DNA from: Macrostomum lignano
Lineage: Eukaryota
Reading direction: 5' to 3'
NCBI GenBank assembly: GCA_002269645.1
Contig: NIVC01000423.1
Span: 1 to 64,000 of the forward strand
Length of the DNA stretch: 64,000 bases
Made by a program: the position numbers and the translations under genes
Part shown: piece after piece, positions 32,801 to 47,800 of the stretch
Layout of the letters: each line of letters starts with the position of its first letter
How positions within the stretch are numbered: position 1 is the stretch's first letter
The notes under the pieces: generated by a model
What the model saw: only the letters and a program-made list of their open reading frames with translations
The model's database searches: none
What the model was told of the DNA's origin: nothing

Positions 32801-35800
32801 GAGGCCCAGAAGCTGCCACCTTTGAAAAAGTCGGCGATCTCAAATACGACGAACGATCCGGTCATACCAGTTGCAGTCTGAGCGACTCCTGCACTGACCT
32901 GCTTGTGATTCGCGGAACTTATAGTAGCCTCACTCTGGGCGTGTTCGGCAGCTCAGCGCCTAGCGGGGCTAGCAAGGCTCCATTTTTGACACCACCATCC
33001 TCGCAGCAGCAGCAGCAACTGATGCCTCCACCGCAGTTGCCGCCGCCAATGTCCCTGCCGAATCCAATGTCTGCCTTCCAGCAGCAGCAGCAGCAGATGT
33101 ATCATCAGTCTCAGTTTCAAGTTCCAATGACTCAACAACAGCAACAGCAGCTTCCGCTGCCACTGCCACTGCCACCGCCTCTGCCGCCTCCTCCTCTGCC
33201 GCCTCATCATATATCGATGCAGCAGCAGCAGCAACAGCAGCTTCCACCCGCTATAACTTCCAGCCAGCCGCCTCACCATCTACCGCATTCGTTTCACCAT
33301 CAGCAGCAACAGCAGCAGCATCAATCAGTGTTTAGTCGCTATCGAGGCGGCGGAAGCGGTGGCAACTTTGACTTCAGGCGTCAGCAGCAGCAGCATCAGC
33401 AACATCAGATGCCTCATCAGAGCTCGCGGCCTCGTTCGCCTCAGCTGCCAGTTGGCTCGATGTCGATGGCGCCGCTTATTGCCGGCGCGGTTGGCCAAAC
33501 TAAACGGCCAGCCGAGGAAGAGGATTCTGCCGATGCTGCTGACGTTCCCGACGATGTCAGCTGGTGCACCGATGACGAGCAGGAGCTGTTGACTAGTTCG
33601 GGCGAGCAGTCGGTCGATTCAACGACTTCGACGATGCCGCAGGAGCTCAGCGAAGCCGAGCTGGGGTTTCCGCTGGCGTTCAGGCCCGAGCGGTGCCGGC
33701 TCAGGGAACTGCGGTTCCCCTCGGATCCGAGCCTGACCGCTTTTGAGGTGATTCAGTGCGATTTTGTTGGATAGAATAGCGGAAGGATGCCTGTGTATGA
33801 GTACCTGTCTGTGTATAGTATTGGCGCGCTTGTATGTGCTCACTTTTTTTTACCAAAAATGTTTTAGAAAAAGTCACGAAAGTAAAAATTTGGGTAAATG
33901 GCAGGAGTAACTATGACTGTATTAATAAGGCTAAGTTACTTGTCAGCTAGTTAGTACTACGTCTGTATTTTTCGAGTCGGCTTTGTTTGCGACTTACCTT
34001 GGCCAGACCTCTCGCGCTAGGGCTTATATTAGGGCATGTATATTGTGAGAAATGTAAGATTCTCAGATTAGGTGTCGGGGAATCTAATGAATTCTCCTAA
34101 TGAGTTTAGTCCGTGATCCTAGTTTCAATAATCTGCTGCACAAATCGTACAGGTGGAGAAGAAGCTCCTGTACGACTCCGCGCAGCCAGTCATCAACACC
34201 CAGGATGAGGAGCGATGCGAAGAGGCTGCCAGCCGTTTAGCCGACTTGCTTAGTCGCTACGCGGAACCTGCCAGTCACAACTGGCAGTGGATTGAGCAGC
34301 TGGAGCAGCTGCCTACTTATCTGCCTGGCGCTCTGGCCTTTGTTGAAAGCATCAACCTGGCAGAGTTTGAGACTACTATGGACACTCTGGTAGACTGGAC
34401 GCTGGAAGGCCTAGACTTACAGGCAGCTCGGAGGCAGCAACAACAAGACGCTAATACGTTTATAATGAGACACTTGAAGGCTGGATTGAGCCTAGCCGGT
34501 ATGCTGTGTACTTTAGATCAGCGAATCAGTGCGAGACTACTGGCTAAATCTGTTCAGCATAGGCTGCTGGATTTGCTATCGGCTGATCACATGGCCACGT
34601 CTGTTAAATTGTTAATTGTTCGAGCGCTAAGCAGCTCAGTTCGACTGGCGGCCGGGGCTGACGCTTTTCTTGGAGTGACGTCCGAATCAGCTACTAGCAG
34701 TAGTACCGTTAGCGCTGCCGCCCAGCAGCAACAATCGGAAGGAGGTGAGATTTTAACTATCTTTAATTTTCAATTGCCGATATGTATCGAAAGTATAGAT
34801 TTTCTATTGTAAAATTTAATATTAAGTTTGGACGATGTAGTACGAGTACTGTAAGTAGTTAAGTTATTTATCAATAGTTTTTTTCCAAAGTAATAGAAAA
34901 TTACTTTAGAGTATCTCATTTTTGAAGCCATTGTTTGTCTCTATTTATTAAATTTTACTTGCAATTTTCACCTATCCTACTTGCAGTAGGCAAATGTTAA
35001 ACTCCTAATTTTCCTAAATTTTCCAATTCAGGTAAAAAGTACATCGAACCGCCGCGCGTACTTGGCGAAGATGATCTGACGCATATGCGAAAATGCTTGG
35101 CCAGAATGGACTTGGACACGCCATACAAAAGACTGTTGGCAATGTTTTACCAGAAGCACACGGCCAGAGTGGTGGCCGCCATGGGCTGCCTGCTGAACAA
35201 GCTGCATCTGTACGAATCTTTGCTGGATTTTCGGACTCTGTTTCACCAGTTTAAACAGGTCAGTGCCGTGCTACTTTGCAGGGGTGGGGGCCACCGCCAC
35301 TCTCCACAGATCATCAGTTGCCGGGCCAGCCTTCCAGATCCCTCAGCTGCTCAGTCAATCCTTCAGCTACTGAACCAATCCTTCAGCTACTCAGCCAATC
35401 CTTCAGCTACTGAACCAATCCTTCAGCTACTCAGCCAATCCTTCAGCTACTCAACCAATCCTTCAGCTACTCAGCCAATCCTTCAGCTACTCAACCAATC
35501 CTTCAGCTACTCAGCCAATCCTTCAGCTACTCAGCTAATCCTTCAGCTACTCAGCCAATCCTTCAGCTACTCAACCAATCCTTCAGCTACTCAGCCAATC
35601 CTTCAGCTGCTCAACCAATCCTTCAGCTACTCAGCCAATCCTTCAGCTGCTCAACCAATCCTTCAGCTACTCAGCCAATCCTTCAGCTACTCAGCCAATC
35701 CTTCAGCTACTCAGCCAATCCTTCAGCTACTCAACCAATCCCTCAGCTACTCAGCCAATCCTCAGCTACTCAGCCAATCCTTCAGCTACTCAGCCAATCC

Positions 35801-38800
35801 TTCAGCTACTCAGCCAATCCTTCAGCTACTCAGCCAATCCTTCAGCTACTCAGCCAATCCTTCAGCTACTCAGCCAATCCTTCAGCTACTCAACCAATCC
35901 TTCAGCTACTCAGCCAATCCTTCAGCTACTCAACCAATCCCTCAGCTACTCAGCCAATCCTCAGCTACTCAGCCAATCCTTCAGCTACTCAGCCAATCCT
36001 TCAGCTACTGAACCAATCCTTCAGCTACTCAACCAATCCTTCAGCTACTCAGCCAATCCTTCAGCTACTGAACCAATCCTTCAGCTACTCAACCAATCCT
36101 TCAGCTACTCAGCCAATCCTTCAGCTACTGAACCAATCCTTCAGCTACTCAACCAATCCTTCAGCTACTCAGCCAATCCTTCAGCTACTGAACCAATCCT
36201 TCAGCTACTCAACCAATCCTTCAGCTACTCAGCCAATCCTTCAGCTACTGAACCAATCCTTCAGCTACTCAACCAATCCTTCAGCTACTCAGCCAATCCT
36301 TCAGCTACTCAGCCAATCCTTCAGCTACTCAGCCAATCCTTCAGCTACTCAACCAATCCTTCAGCTACTCAGCCAATCCTCAGCTACTCAGCCAATCCTT
36401 CAGCTACTCAACCAATCCTTCAGCTACTCAGCCAATCCTTCAGCTACTCAGCCAATCCTTCAGCTACTCAGCCAATCCTTCAGCTACTCAACCAATCCTT
36501 CAGCTACTCAGCCAATCCCTCAGCTACTCAGCCAATCCTTCAGCTACTCAGCCAATCCTTCAGCTACTCAACCAATCCTTCAGCTACTCAGCCAATCCTT
36601 CAGCTACTCAACCAATCCTTCAGCTACTCAGCCAATCCTTCAGCTACTCAACCAATCCTTCAGCTACTCAACCAATCCTTCAGCTACTCAGCCAATCCTT
36701 CAGCTACTCAGCCAATCCTTCAGCTACTCAGCCAATCCTTCAGCTACTCAACCAATCCCTCAGCTACTCAGCCAATCCTCAGCTACTCAGCCAATCCTTC
36801 AGCTACTCAGCCAATCCTTCAGCTACTCAGCCAATCCTTCAGCTACTCAGCCAATCCTTCAGCTACTCAGCCAATCCTTCAGCTACTCAGCCAATCCTTC
36901 AGCTACTCAGCCAATCCTTCAGCTACTCAGCCAATCCTTCAGCTACTCAGCCAATCCTTCAGCTACTCAACCAATCCTTCAGCTACTCAGCCAATCCTTC
37001 AGCTACTCAGCCAATCCTTCAGCTACTCAGCCAATCCTTCAGCTACTCAGCCAATCCCATTTCTGCACTCTGCCTCTCCGCAGGCCGAACGCAGTGCAGC
37101 AGCCGAAGCGGCCGCATCAGCAGCAGCAGCAGCGGCAGACGATGCAAACCCAGCTGCAGATTCTTCAACAGCACCAGCCAGTCAGCAGCAGAAGCAGGCC
37201 GCAGCCGACAAGGAGCTGTCAGCCATAGCTGACAGGCTGTCGTCCGCTCTAGCTGACATTCGCTTGGCCTATCTGAATGCGCCTCAGTCGATCGGTCATC
37301 CTCGACGTTGCCTACCAGCCGGAGTGTGCTTCGAACAGACCCAGCGGCCCTACAGCCCCTATCCAGATCTGTATCATTACTTCAATTCTGTTCGCCTGAT
37401 GGACTGCGTTCGACACGCCGTGTGCGAGCCCCGGCCCCGGCCTGGACTGCAGCGAGTCCGGCACTCCGCCTGCGGTCTGTTGGAGGCTCTGCTCAGCCTG
37501 GATCACGGGGTGCAGTACCTGGCTGCTCAGCCGCTGCTGCTTCAGGTCGGGTTTATGTTTTTATCTGCTAGACAGCTTTTATGGATGACATTCTGAGCCC
37601 TCTTCTTGTCCTGAGGTCCTGAACTCTGTTCTCTGAAGCTTGTCCTAATGTCCTGAACCCTTTTCTCTGAAGCTTGTCCTGAAGTTCCTGAACCCTGTTC
37701 CTTGAAGCTTATCCTGAGGTCCTGAGCCCTTTTCCCTGAAGCTTGTCCTGAGGTCTCTAAACCCTGTTGTCTGAAGCTTGTTCTGAGGTCCTGAATCCTG
37801 TTCTCTGAAGCTGGTCTTTAGGTCCTGAACCCTGTTCTCTGAATCTTGTCCTAAGGTCCCTGAACCCTGTTCTCTAAAGCTTGTCCTGATGTCCGGAACC
37901 CTGTTCTCTGAAGCTTTATCTGATGTCCTGAACCCTGTTCGCTGAAGCTTGTCCTGAAGTTTCTGAACCCTGTTCTCTGAAGCTTGTTTTAATGCCCTGA
38001 ACCCTGTTCCCTGAAGCTTGTCCTGAGGTTCCTGAACCCTGTTCCCTGAAGCTTGTCCTGATATTCTGAGCCATGTTTTCTGAAGCTTGTCCTGATGTCC
38101 TGAACCCTGTTCTCTGAAGCTTTATCTGATGTCCTGAACCCTGTTCTCTGAAGCTTGTCCTGAGGTTCCTGAACCCTGTTCTCTGAAGCTTGTCTTAATG
38201 TCCTGAACCCTGTTCTTTGAAGCTTGTCCTGAGGTTCCTGAACCCTGTTTTTTGAAGCTGGTCCTGAGGTTCCTGAACCCTGTTGTCTGAAGCTTATCCT
38301 GAGGTTCCTGAAACCTGTTGTCTGAAGCTTATCCTGAGGTTCCTGAACCCTGTTCCCTGAAGCTTGTCCTGATATTCTGAGCCATGTTTTCTGAAGCTTG
38401 TCCTGATGTCCTGAACCCTGTTCTCTGAAGCTTTATCTGAGGTCCTGAACCCTGTTCTCTGAAGCTTTATCTGAGGTCCTGAACCCTGTTCTCTGAAGCT
38501 TGTCCTGAGGTTCCTGAACCCTGTTCTCTGAAGCTTGTCCTGATGTCCGGAACCCTGTTCTCTGAAGCTTTATTTTATGTCCTGAACCCTGTTCGCTGAA
38601 GCTTGTCCTGAAGTTCCTGAACCCTGTTCTCTGAAGCTTTATCTGATGTCCTGAACCCTGTTCTCTGTAGCTTGTCTTAATGTCCTGAACCCTTTTTTCT
38701 GAAGCTTGTACTGAGGTCCTGAACCCTGTTCTCTAAAGCTGGTCCTGAGGCCCTGAACCCTGTTCTCTGAAGCTTTATCTGAGGTCTTCAACACTGAAGC

Positions 38801-41800
38801 TTCCTAGACCCTCTCCTGAGGGCCTGAACCCTGAAGCACAAATTTGCACCCGAAACTCTACCTACAGGCTATAATCTACCGCCTAAGTCCGGAGCTAAAT
38901 CCCGACTCGGACAATAACAAAGACAATGGCAACAAAGAGCAGCAGCAGCAGGCGAACCAGCAGGAGTCCAATGACGATGACGGAGACGATGACGAGGAGG
39001 CAAATAAATCGCCAGCGCCAGCCGATTGGTCAGCACTTGGTTTGCAGTTGATCTGCAAATTAGTCACTGTTGGCCATATTGATCGGCTATTGGTGCATCA
39101 CAAACTGCGCCGGCTGATGCTCGCCAACGCCGCCTCTGACGATGCCAAGTCGTCTTCGCCGCCGCAGTCGCCTTCGTCATCGACTGGTCCAGCTCAGCAG
39201 CAGGCCGGCCTGCTAGACGAGTTGGCAAGCGAAGCCGTGGCCAGTCTGCATGAACTGTATCTCATGTCCGCCTCTGCGCCTCAGGCTGGTCGTTGGCTAG
39301 CGGAATTGCTGCTTACAGAAGAGAGCATGCTAGTATTGCTGCCATTTCTAGAGTCCTCTAGCGTTGTTGCTGCCGGCGCTTCCGATGCGCCGTCTTCTGC
39401 TAAAAGACAGCGCCAGCAGCAGCAGCAGCAGCAGAAACGCTACCGCTCCGCAACTCGCAGCTACTGCCTGTCAATTCTGTCCGCGTGTTTGCGCTACGCT
39501 GACGGTGACCAATTTGTTGGCGGCCTGTTTGGCAAATGCGGCGACAGACTGCTGGCCGTGGTGGCCGGGGCTGGCCGGAAGAAGCAGCAACAACAGCAGC
39601 AGCAACAGACAGCAACAACGTCTGCTGGTTCTGCTTCTTCTGCTGCTACTGGAAGCGGCAGTGGAAAGTCTGCGAGTAGTAGCCGATTGAGTGAACTGGC
39701 TGATTGGCTGGCTCCACTCAAGGTAATAATTAGTAATCGAATAGATTTTTGTCTCCAGTAATAGAGTCCTGTGTGATCCCGATCCCTAAATCCTGTGGGA
39801 TCCCGGTTTCCCGATCCCTAAATCCTGATGGATCCCATTGTTCTGATCCCAAATCCTATGGGATCCCGGTTACCCGATCCCAAAATCTTGTGAGATCCCG
39901 GTTTCCCGATCCCAAAATCCTGTGGGATTCCAGTTTTCCGATCCCAAATCCTGTGGGATCCCGGATTCCCTATCCCAAAATCCTGTGGGATCTCGGTTTC
40001 CCGGTCCCAAAATATTGTGGGATCCGGATCCCCAAATCCTGTCGGATCCTGATCCAAAAAAATTGTGAGAACCCAATCCTGAAATCCTGTGGGATCCCAG
40101 TTTTCCGATCCCCAAATCCTGTGGGATCCTGGTTTCCCGGTCCCAAATCCTGTGTGATCCCGATCCCAATTTACTAGCAGTCAGATGACGGTATCCAATT
40201 CGAAAATTAAATTAGCTACGCTACATATCGGTAGTGCTCTGTAAATATAAAAAACAAACCACCATTCGGCCATTCGGCAGACAATCCGGCCGCCATACAA
40301 TCTGGACCAGCTGCCAGCCCTGCTGACCAGCTTGAAGACCTGGTCAGACTGCTTGGACCATTCACCCTGCCCGCCAGGCCTGGTCACCCTGTTGCGACTG
40401 TTGAAAACTCTAACGGTGGCTCCCGGTTCGTTCCGGGCCAGAGAGACTCCCAGGCTGTGGTGTCCGCACGCGCTGGAGCCGAGAGTCACCGAGCTGCGCT
40501 ATCAGTACGCACTGGCTGAGCTGGTTAGCGCCGACGGGCTCAACCTGCTTGTGAGGATTGCCACAAGGCTGGTTGATCAGGTTAGCTTTTGTGTCTTTTT
40601 GTTTATTGCTTATATATGCCAACACTTAGGTCTCCTTCACCTGGTGCTGTGCTCTGCTATAGCTACCGGTCGCCTTATCGCCTTCCTATCAACCTCTAAC
40701 CATCTTTCACTCTCCCTCTCACCCTCCCTCTCAGCCTCCTTCACTCTTCCTCTCAGCCTCCTTCACTCTTCCTCTCAGCCTCCTTCACTCTTCCTCTCAG
40801 CCTCCTTCACTCTTCCTCTCAGCCTCCTTCACTCTTCCTCTCAGCCTCCTTCACTCTTCCTCTCACCCTCCCTCTCACCCTCCCTCTCAGCCTCCTTCAC
40901 TCTTCCTCTCAGCCTCCTTCACTCTTCCTCTCAGCCTCCTTCACTCTTCCTCTCAGCCTCCTTCACTCTTCCTCTCAGCCTCCTTCACTCTTCCTCTCAG
41001 CCTCCTTCACTCTTCCTCTCACCCTCCCTCTCACCCTCCCTCTCAGCCTCCTTCACTCTTCCTCTCAGCCTCCTTCACTCTTCCTCTCAGCCTCCTTCAC
41101 TCTTCCTCTCAGCCTCCTTCACTCTTCCTCTCACCCTCCCTCTCACCCTCCCTCTCAGCCTCCTTCACTCTTCCTCTCAGCCTCCTTTACTCTTCCTCTC
41201 ACCCTCCCTCTCACCCTCCCTCTCACCCTCCTTCACTCTTCCTCTCAGCCTCCTTCACTCTTCCTCTCACCCTCCCTCTCACCCTCCCTCTCACCCTCCT
41301 TCACTCTTCCTCTCAGCCTCCTTCACTCTTCCTCTCAGCCTCCTTCACTCTTCCTCTCAGCCTCCTTCACTCTTCCTCTCAGCCTCCTTCACTCTTCCTC
41401 TCAGCCTCCTTCACTCTTCCTCTCAGCCTCCTTCACTCTTCCTCTCAGCCTCCTTCACTCTTCCTCTCAGCCTCCTTCACTCTTCCTCTCAGCCTCCTTC
41501 ACTCTTCCTCTCACCCTATCACTCTCCTTTTCACTCTCCCTCTCACCCAACTCACTCCCCTCTCAACTCTCCCCAACTCTTCCCTTACCTCTCATCCTCT
41601 CACCTGCCTCCATCTCACCCTTATCCCATCACGCAACTCACTCATCCCTAATTAATTTTTAACAAGACAAAAGCAGAATTGAAAATAAGCTGCTAAACTT
41701 TCCCCCATCCGCAGCTCACCCTGCCCTGGCAACAAGGCACGGACTTTCTAGACGACAATTTCCTGATGTCTCTCCTGGCACTGGAGCCGGCTATACAGAC

Positions 41801-44800
41801 CATAGCGGTGCTACTGCAGAGCGTTATCAAAGCTATGGGCTCGCGGTTCAACAACTATACTATGCTGGATTGCTTATTTCGCGCATTCGCCGTGGCTTGC
41901 AGTTTCCCATCGGCTAGTTTGCCGCTGTTTTACGCCCAGGTGATTACCCAGATTCACACTGGTGTGATTGACAGCTATCTGGCATTCAGTCAGACAGCCC
42001 TGCCGCCAGCTGGTGATCACGAACGCGCCCTAGACGATTCTCAGTGGACTAAAGCGTTGAAACATGTACTGGATTTGACTGTGTCAGCGCCTTGCTATTA
42101 CTTGGCCGGCCTGACTATTCTGGGCGAACTGTTGCCACTGCCGCTGCCAATCTATATTAGGACTGGGTCCAAGGTCAGGCTGTTTTCTTTATTTGTGATC
42201 TAATAAATATTTTAATCCCTTTTTACAATATCTTCAAGCTTCTCAGAAAGCATCAAGTCCCAAGCTCTCAAATCCAATGCTCAGAAATCCTCAAACACCA
42301 TGCTCAGAAATCCTCAAATACCATGCTTAGAAATCCTCAAATCCCATGCTCAGAAATCCTCAAATACCATGCTTAGAAATCCTCAAATCCCATGCTCAGA
42401 AATCCTCAAATACCATGCTTAGAAATCCTCAAATCCCATGCTTATAAATCCTCAAATCCCATTCTTAGAAATCCTCAAAAACCATGCTCAGAAAGCCTCA
42501 AATCCCGTGATGAAAAATCCTTAAATCCCATGCTCAGAAATCCTCAAATCCCATGCTCAGAAATCCTCAAATCCCGCGATGAAAAATCCTCAAATCCCAT
42601 GCTCAGAAATCCTCAAATCCCATGCTCAGAAATTCTCAAATCCCATGCTCAGAAATTCTCAAATCCCATGCTCAGAAATCCTCAAATCCCATGCTCAGAA
42701 ATCCTCAAATCCCATGCCCAGAAATCTTCGGATCCCATGCCCAGAAATCCTCAAATCCCATGCTGAGCAATTCTCAAATCACATGCTCCGACATCCTGAA
42801 ATCCCATAAATCCCAAACTTTGAAATCCTCAAATCACGTGCTGCCCACGTACACAATAAGAGTATCACAAATTCTTGATATAAGAATCCCATGCTCCCAG
42901 GCCTCAGCTGAAGCAGAAGTAGCCAAATCCCGCAATCAAATTACAGGTAACAGAATCCGAGCTCAGCGCCTGCGTCAATCTTCGCAAACTCGCCAGCGCT
43001 CACATGCTGTGCCTGTCGAAACAGATTGGCAACCTGCTGCGACTTATTGGCGGCTCAACAAATCCCTTTGTTAGCCAGGTGTTGCGTCGGGTGGCTTCTC
43101 AGATTGGCGATTTATCAGCTCCGGCTGCCAACATGCTGGCTGAGCTGGGAGTTCGAATCCTGCTGGACGCCTGGGAGCCGTACGATCGGCTGCTCATTGC
43201 CTGGGAGGCGCGCAGGGCTGGGACGGTGAGAGTTGCTTTGGTTAAGTGCCTGTCTGAGAGTGTCTAACAGATGGGATTTAGTGTCTAACAGGTTGAGTTT
43301 AGTGTCTAACAGGTGGGATTTAGTGTCTAACAGGTGGGATTTAGTGTCTAACAGGTGGAGTTTTGTGTCTAACAGATGGGATTTAGTGTCTAACAGGTGG
43401 AGTTTAGTGTCTAACAGGTGGGATTTAGTGTCTAACAGGTGGAGTTTTGTGTCTAACAGATGAGATTTAGTGTCTAACAGGTGGGATTTAGTGCCTAACA
43501 GGTGGGATTTAGTGTCTAACAGGTGGAGTTTTGTGTCTAACAGATGAGATTTAGTGTCTAACAGGTGGGATTTAGTGCCTAACAGGTGGGATTTAGTGTC
43601 TAACAGGTGGGATTTAGTGCCTAACAGGTGGGATTTAGTGTCTAACAGGTGGGATTTAGTGTCTAACAGGTGGAGTTTTGTGTCTAACAGATGAGATTTA
43701 GTGTCTAACAGGTGGGATTTAGTGCCTAACAGGTGGGATTTAGTGTCTAACAGGTGGAGTTTTGTGTCTAACAGATGGGATTTAGTGTCTAACAGGTGGA
43801 GTTTAGTGTCTAACAGGTGGGATTTAGTGTCTAACAGGTGGAGTTTTGTGTCTAACAGATGAGATTTAGTGTCTAACAGGTGGGATTTAGTGCCTAACAG
43901 GTGGGATTTAGTGTCTAACAGGTGGAGTTTTGTGTCTAACAGATGAGATTTAGTGTCTAACAGGTGGGATTTAGTGCCTAACAGGTGGGATTTAGTGTCT
44001 AACAGGTGGGATTTAGTGCCTAACAGGTGGGATTTAGTGTCTAACAGGTGGGATTTAGTGCCTAACAGGTGGGATTTAGTGTCTAACAGGTGGGATTTAG
44101 TGCCTAACAGGTGGGATTTAGTGTCTAACAGGTGGGATTTAGTGCCTAACAGGTGGGATTTAGTGTCTAACAGGTGGGATTTAGTGTCTAACAGGTGGAG
44201 TTTTGTGTCTAACAGATGAGATTTAGTGTCTAACAGGTGGGATTTAGTGCCTAACAGGTGGGATTTAGTGTCTAACAGGTGGAGTTTTGTGTCTAACAGA
44301 TGGGATTTAGTGTCTAACAGGTGGAGTTTAGTGTCTAACAGGTGGAGTTTTGTGTCTAACAGGTGGGATTTAGTGTCTAACAGGTAGGATTTAGTGCCTA
44401 ACAGGTGGGATTTAGTGTCTAACAGGTGGGATTTAGTGCCTAACAGGTGGGATTTAGTGTCTAACAGGTGGGATTTAGTGCCTAACAGGTGGGATTTAGT
44501 GTCTAACAGGTGGAGTTTTGTGTCTAACAGATGGGATTTAGTGTCTAACAGGTGGAGTTTAGTGTCTAACAGGTGGAGTTTTGTGTCTAACAGGTGGGAT
44601 TTAGTGTCTAACAGGTAGGATTTAGTGCCTAACAGGTGGGATTTAGTGTCTAACAGGTAGGATTTAGTGCCTAACAGGTGGGATTTAGTGTCTAACAGGT
44701 GGGATTTAGTGCCTAACAGGTGGGATTTAGTGTCTGGTGAGATTCGGTGTATAAAAACGTTCAGTATCTAACATAGAATTCAGTTTTTGACAGTGTCTAA

Positions 44801-47800
44801 CAGTCTGTATAAACACTAGTGTCTAACACTAGCAACAGCACAATCTAAACCTTCGCATCCCCAGGAGGATCAGCTTAAGCAGCAACCGCCCCAGCAGCAT
44901 CCGCAATCGCTTCTAAGCAATGCCGGCAATGTTATCGTGCCGCCCCTGCTGTCCGAGCCCGCGGCCAAAGATCCTCAGCCAGACGCTGGTGAAGTGACTC
45001 GCGCACTGAATGGGCTTAACATCCTACTGTCAGTAGCATCTGTTAAACTGGCTTTCCTTCGACTGGCTATGGAGCCGCCGCCGCCGCAGACCTCAGTGTT
45101 CACTGCCGCCAATGCTGCTGCTAATCCTGCTCCTTTGTGTGCTAGGGATTTCTACATCATCGCCAAGGTTTGGACTCTTGTGTCAAAATGGACTCAAATC
45201 CCAATAGTGTCAAAATGGACTCAAATCCCAAATGTGTCAATTTGGCCTCAAAATCCCAAATGTGTCAAGATGGACTCAAATCTGAAATGTGTCCTATTGG
45301 GACTCAAATCCCAACTATGTCAAAATGGACTCAAATCCCAATTGTGTCAAAATGGACTCAAATCCCAATTGTGTCAAAATGGACTCAAATCCCAATTGTG
45401 TCAAAATTGACTCAAATCCCAAACGTGTCAGAATCAGAATGGACTCAAATCCCAAACGTGTCAGAATGGACTCAAATTCCAAATGTGTCGTCCTATTCGA
45501 ACTCAAATCTCAAATTTGTCAAAATTGACTCAAATCCCAAATGTGTCAAAATTGACTCAAATCCCAAATGTGTCAAGATAGACTTAAATCCCAAATGTGT
45601 CAAAATTGACTCTAATCCCAAATGTGTCAAGATGGAGTCAAATCATAACTGTGTCAAAATGAACTGAAATCCCGAATGTGTCAAAATTGACTCAATCCCA
45701 AACGTGTCAGAATAGACTCAAATCCCAAATGTGTCAAAATTGACTCAAATCCCAATCCTGTCAGAATGGACTCAAATCCCAGTTCTGTCAAATGGGACTA
45801 AAATCCCAACTCTGTCAAAATGGACTCAAATCCCAACTCTGTCAATATGTACTCAAATCCCAAATGTGAAAATAAACTTTAAATCCCAAACCGCGATCTG
45901 CAGCGCCTTCTATCAGCCAGCCTGGTGCCGGACCAGCTGATGCGCTGTCAGGAGCAGCTGATTGGCTGTCTGGTGTCTCTGCTGGACCCGAGCATCGCTC
46001 TGGAGATGCCGCTGACCAAATCCGGCCGTCAGCGAATCACCTGGCAGACTCTGGCCAACTGCATCCCGCCATCTGAGCAGCTGGCTTCAGCCGCTGAGGC
46101 CGTGTTCCGTCACGTCAAAGAGCCGACTAGCGAGTTGGCCACGGTGCACCTGTGCCTGAAGGTGCTGGTGCTGCTCACCGAACACGATGCCGGCTTCTGT
46201 CTGGTCAAGCAGTGAGTGCCCATTGCGGTTGTGTGGCCTGCGTGTGACAGCTACTAGACAGACACTGAGACAGACACTGGGACAGACAGGCAAAACAGAC
46301 ACTGAGACAGGTAATGAGACAGGCACTGAGACAGACACTGAGATAGGCATTTAGACAGACACTGAGATAGGCAGTTAGACAGATGCTAAGAGACAGACAT
46401 TGAGACAGACAGATAGGCAGGCAGACAGGCAGAGAGACAGGTAGACTCTAAATTAGGCACTAAGACAGACACTGAGACAGACACTGAGACAGAAACTGAG
46501 ATAGGCACTTAGACAGACACTGAGATAGGCACTTAGACAGACACTGAGATAGGCACTTAGACAGACATTGAGACAGACAGACAGATAGGCAGACAGACAG
46601 GCAGAGAGACAGGTAGACTCTAAATTAGGCACTAAGACAGACACCTGGGACACTTTAGGGCGCTAAGATGGATACTAAGACAGGCCGTCAATGTATTTAG
46701 AAGCTAGAGCTTTTTTGAAATAGCGATAATATTTCCACATCTCTACTGTCAGTAGACGATTAGCAGATTTTATTATTTTTATTACCCAAACCAACCCTCC
46801 GCAGATGCGTGGCGGACTCCAGCGAAGTATTTCTAAACCTGATGCGCCGGGTGAACAAAACGTTTACTAGAGAAAACCCGGACTGTCTAAACACTCTTCT
46901 CACTACTCTTGAACTACTGCGAGCTATGATTACAACCGAAACACTCGAAGGCGAAGCCATGCCGCTGCGCAGTCAAGCTGTCACAGTTGGCGAAGTGAAA
47001 ACTATGCTAGATTGGCGCCCAGCTAGCGAGACTCAACCGGAGCGCCACACGGTGTACGAACTGCACCACCTGCTGTGCGAATACGTCAAAGATGAGACCA
47101 GTTTAGAAGGCCTATTGGAGAGCATGGACAGTTTAATTCAGATGCTGGAACAGGCGCCAGACGGTGAACCGGCTGTGACTCGTCCACCCGAGCTGCCTGA
47201 ACCGCAGCCATTGGCCGTGGTGTTCCAACAGAGAGCCGTGTTCACCACCAGCGCCGGGTTCAACCAGGCCGAGGCTGAGGAGCGACTCCAATCGGATTAT
47301 TGGTTCGGATTAGCTGCGCCGGACGAATCGGAATTAGAGCCCGAGATGTTGCGATGCGATCTCGATGAGTTGGCTAGGTTAGTTCATTATTAAGTTTAGT
47401 AAGCCGATATGTATCGAAATATAGTTTTCTCTGTGTATATTAATTATTAGATGCAGGGTGGCTCAAAAAATTGCCGATATGTATCGAAACAAACTTTAAC
47501 CATTGTCCAGAGCCACCTGCCCAACGTTGAACTTAATCGACGAATTAGAACGCGGCAGCGGCGGCCAACAGTCGGACGACGAGGCCGTGAGGCATAAGCA
47601 GCGTCGTCAAGGCCTTGACGCCATCATTGAGACCAGCCAGCAGCGTCGCTTCGTTGCCCCGATGCGAGGTCGCGGGTTCAGCCTCCGGACTGGCTTTGGT
47701 GGCCCTGGCGGAGGCGGCGGCGGTGGCGGACCCGGCGGAGTCGGCGGTGGAGGTATCGGTGGCGGCGGCGGCGGTGCTGGGGGCGGCGGCGGCGGCGGCG

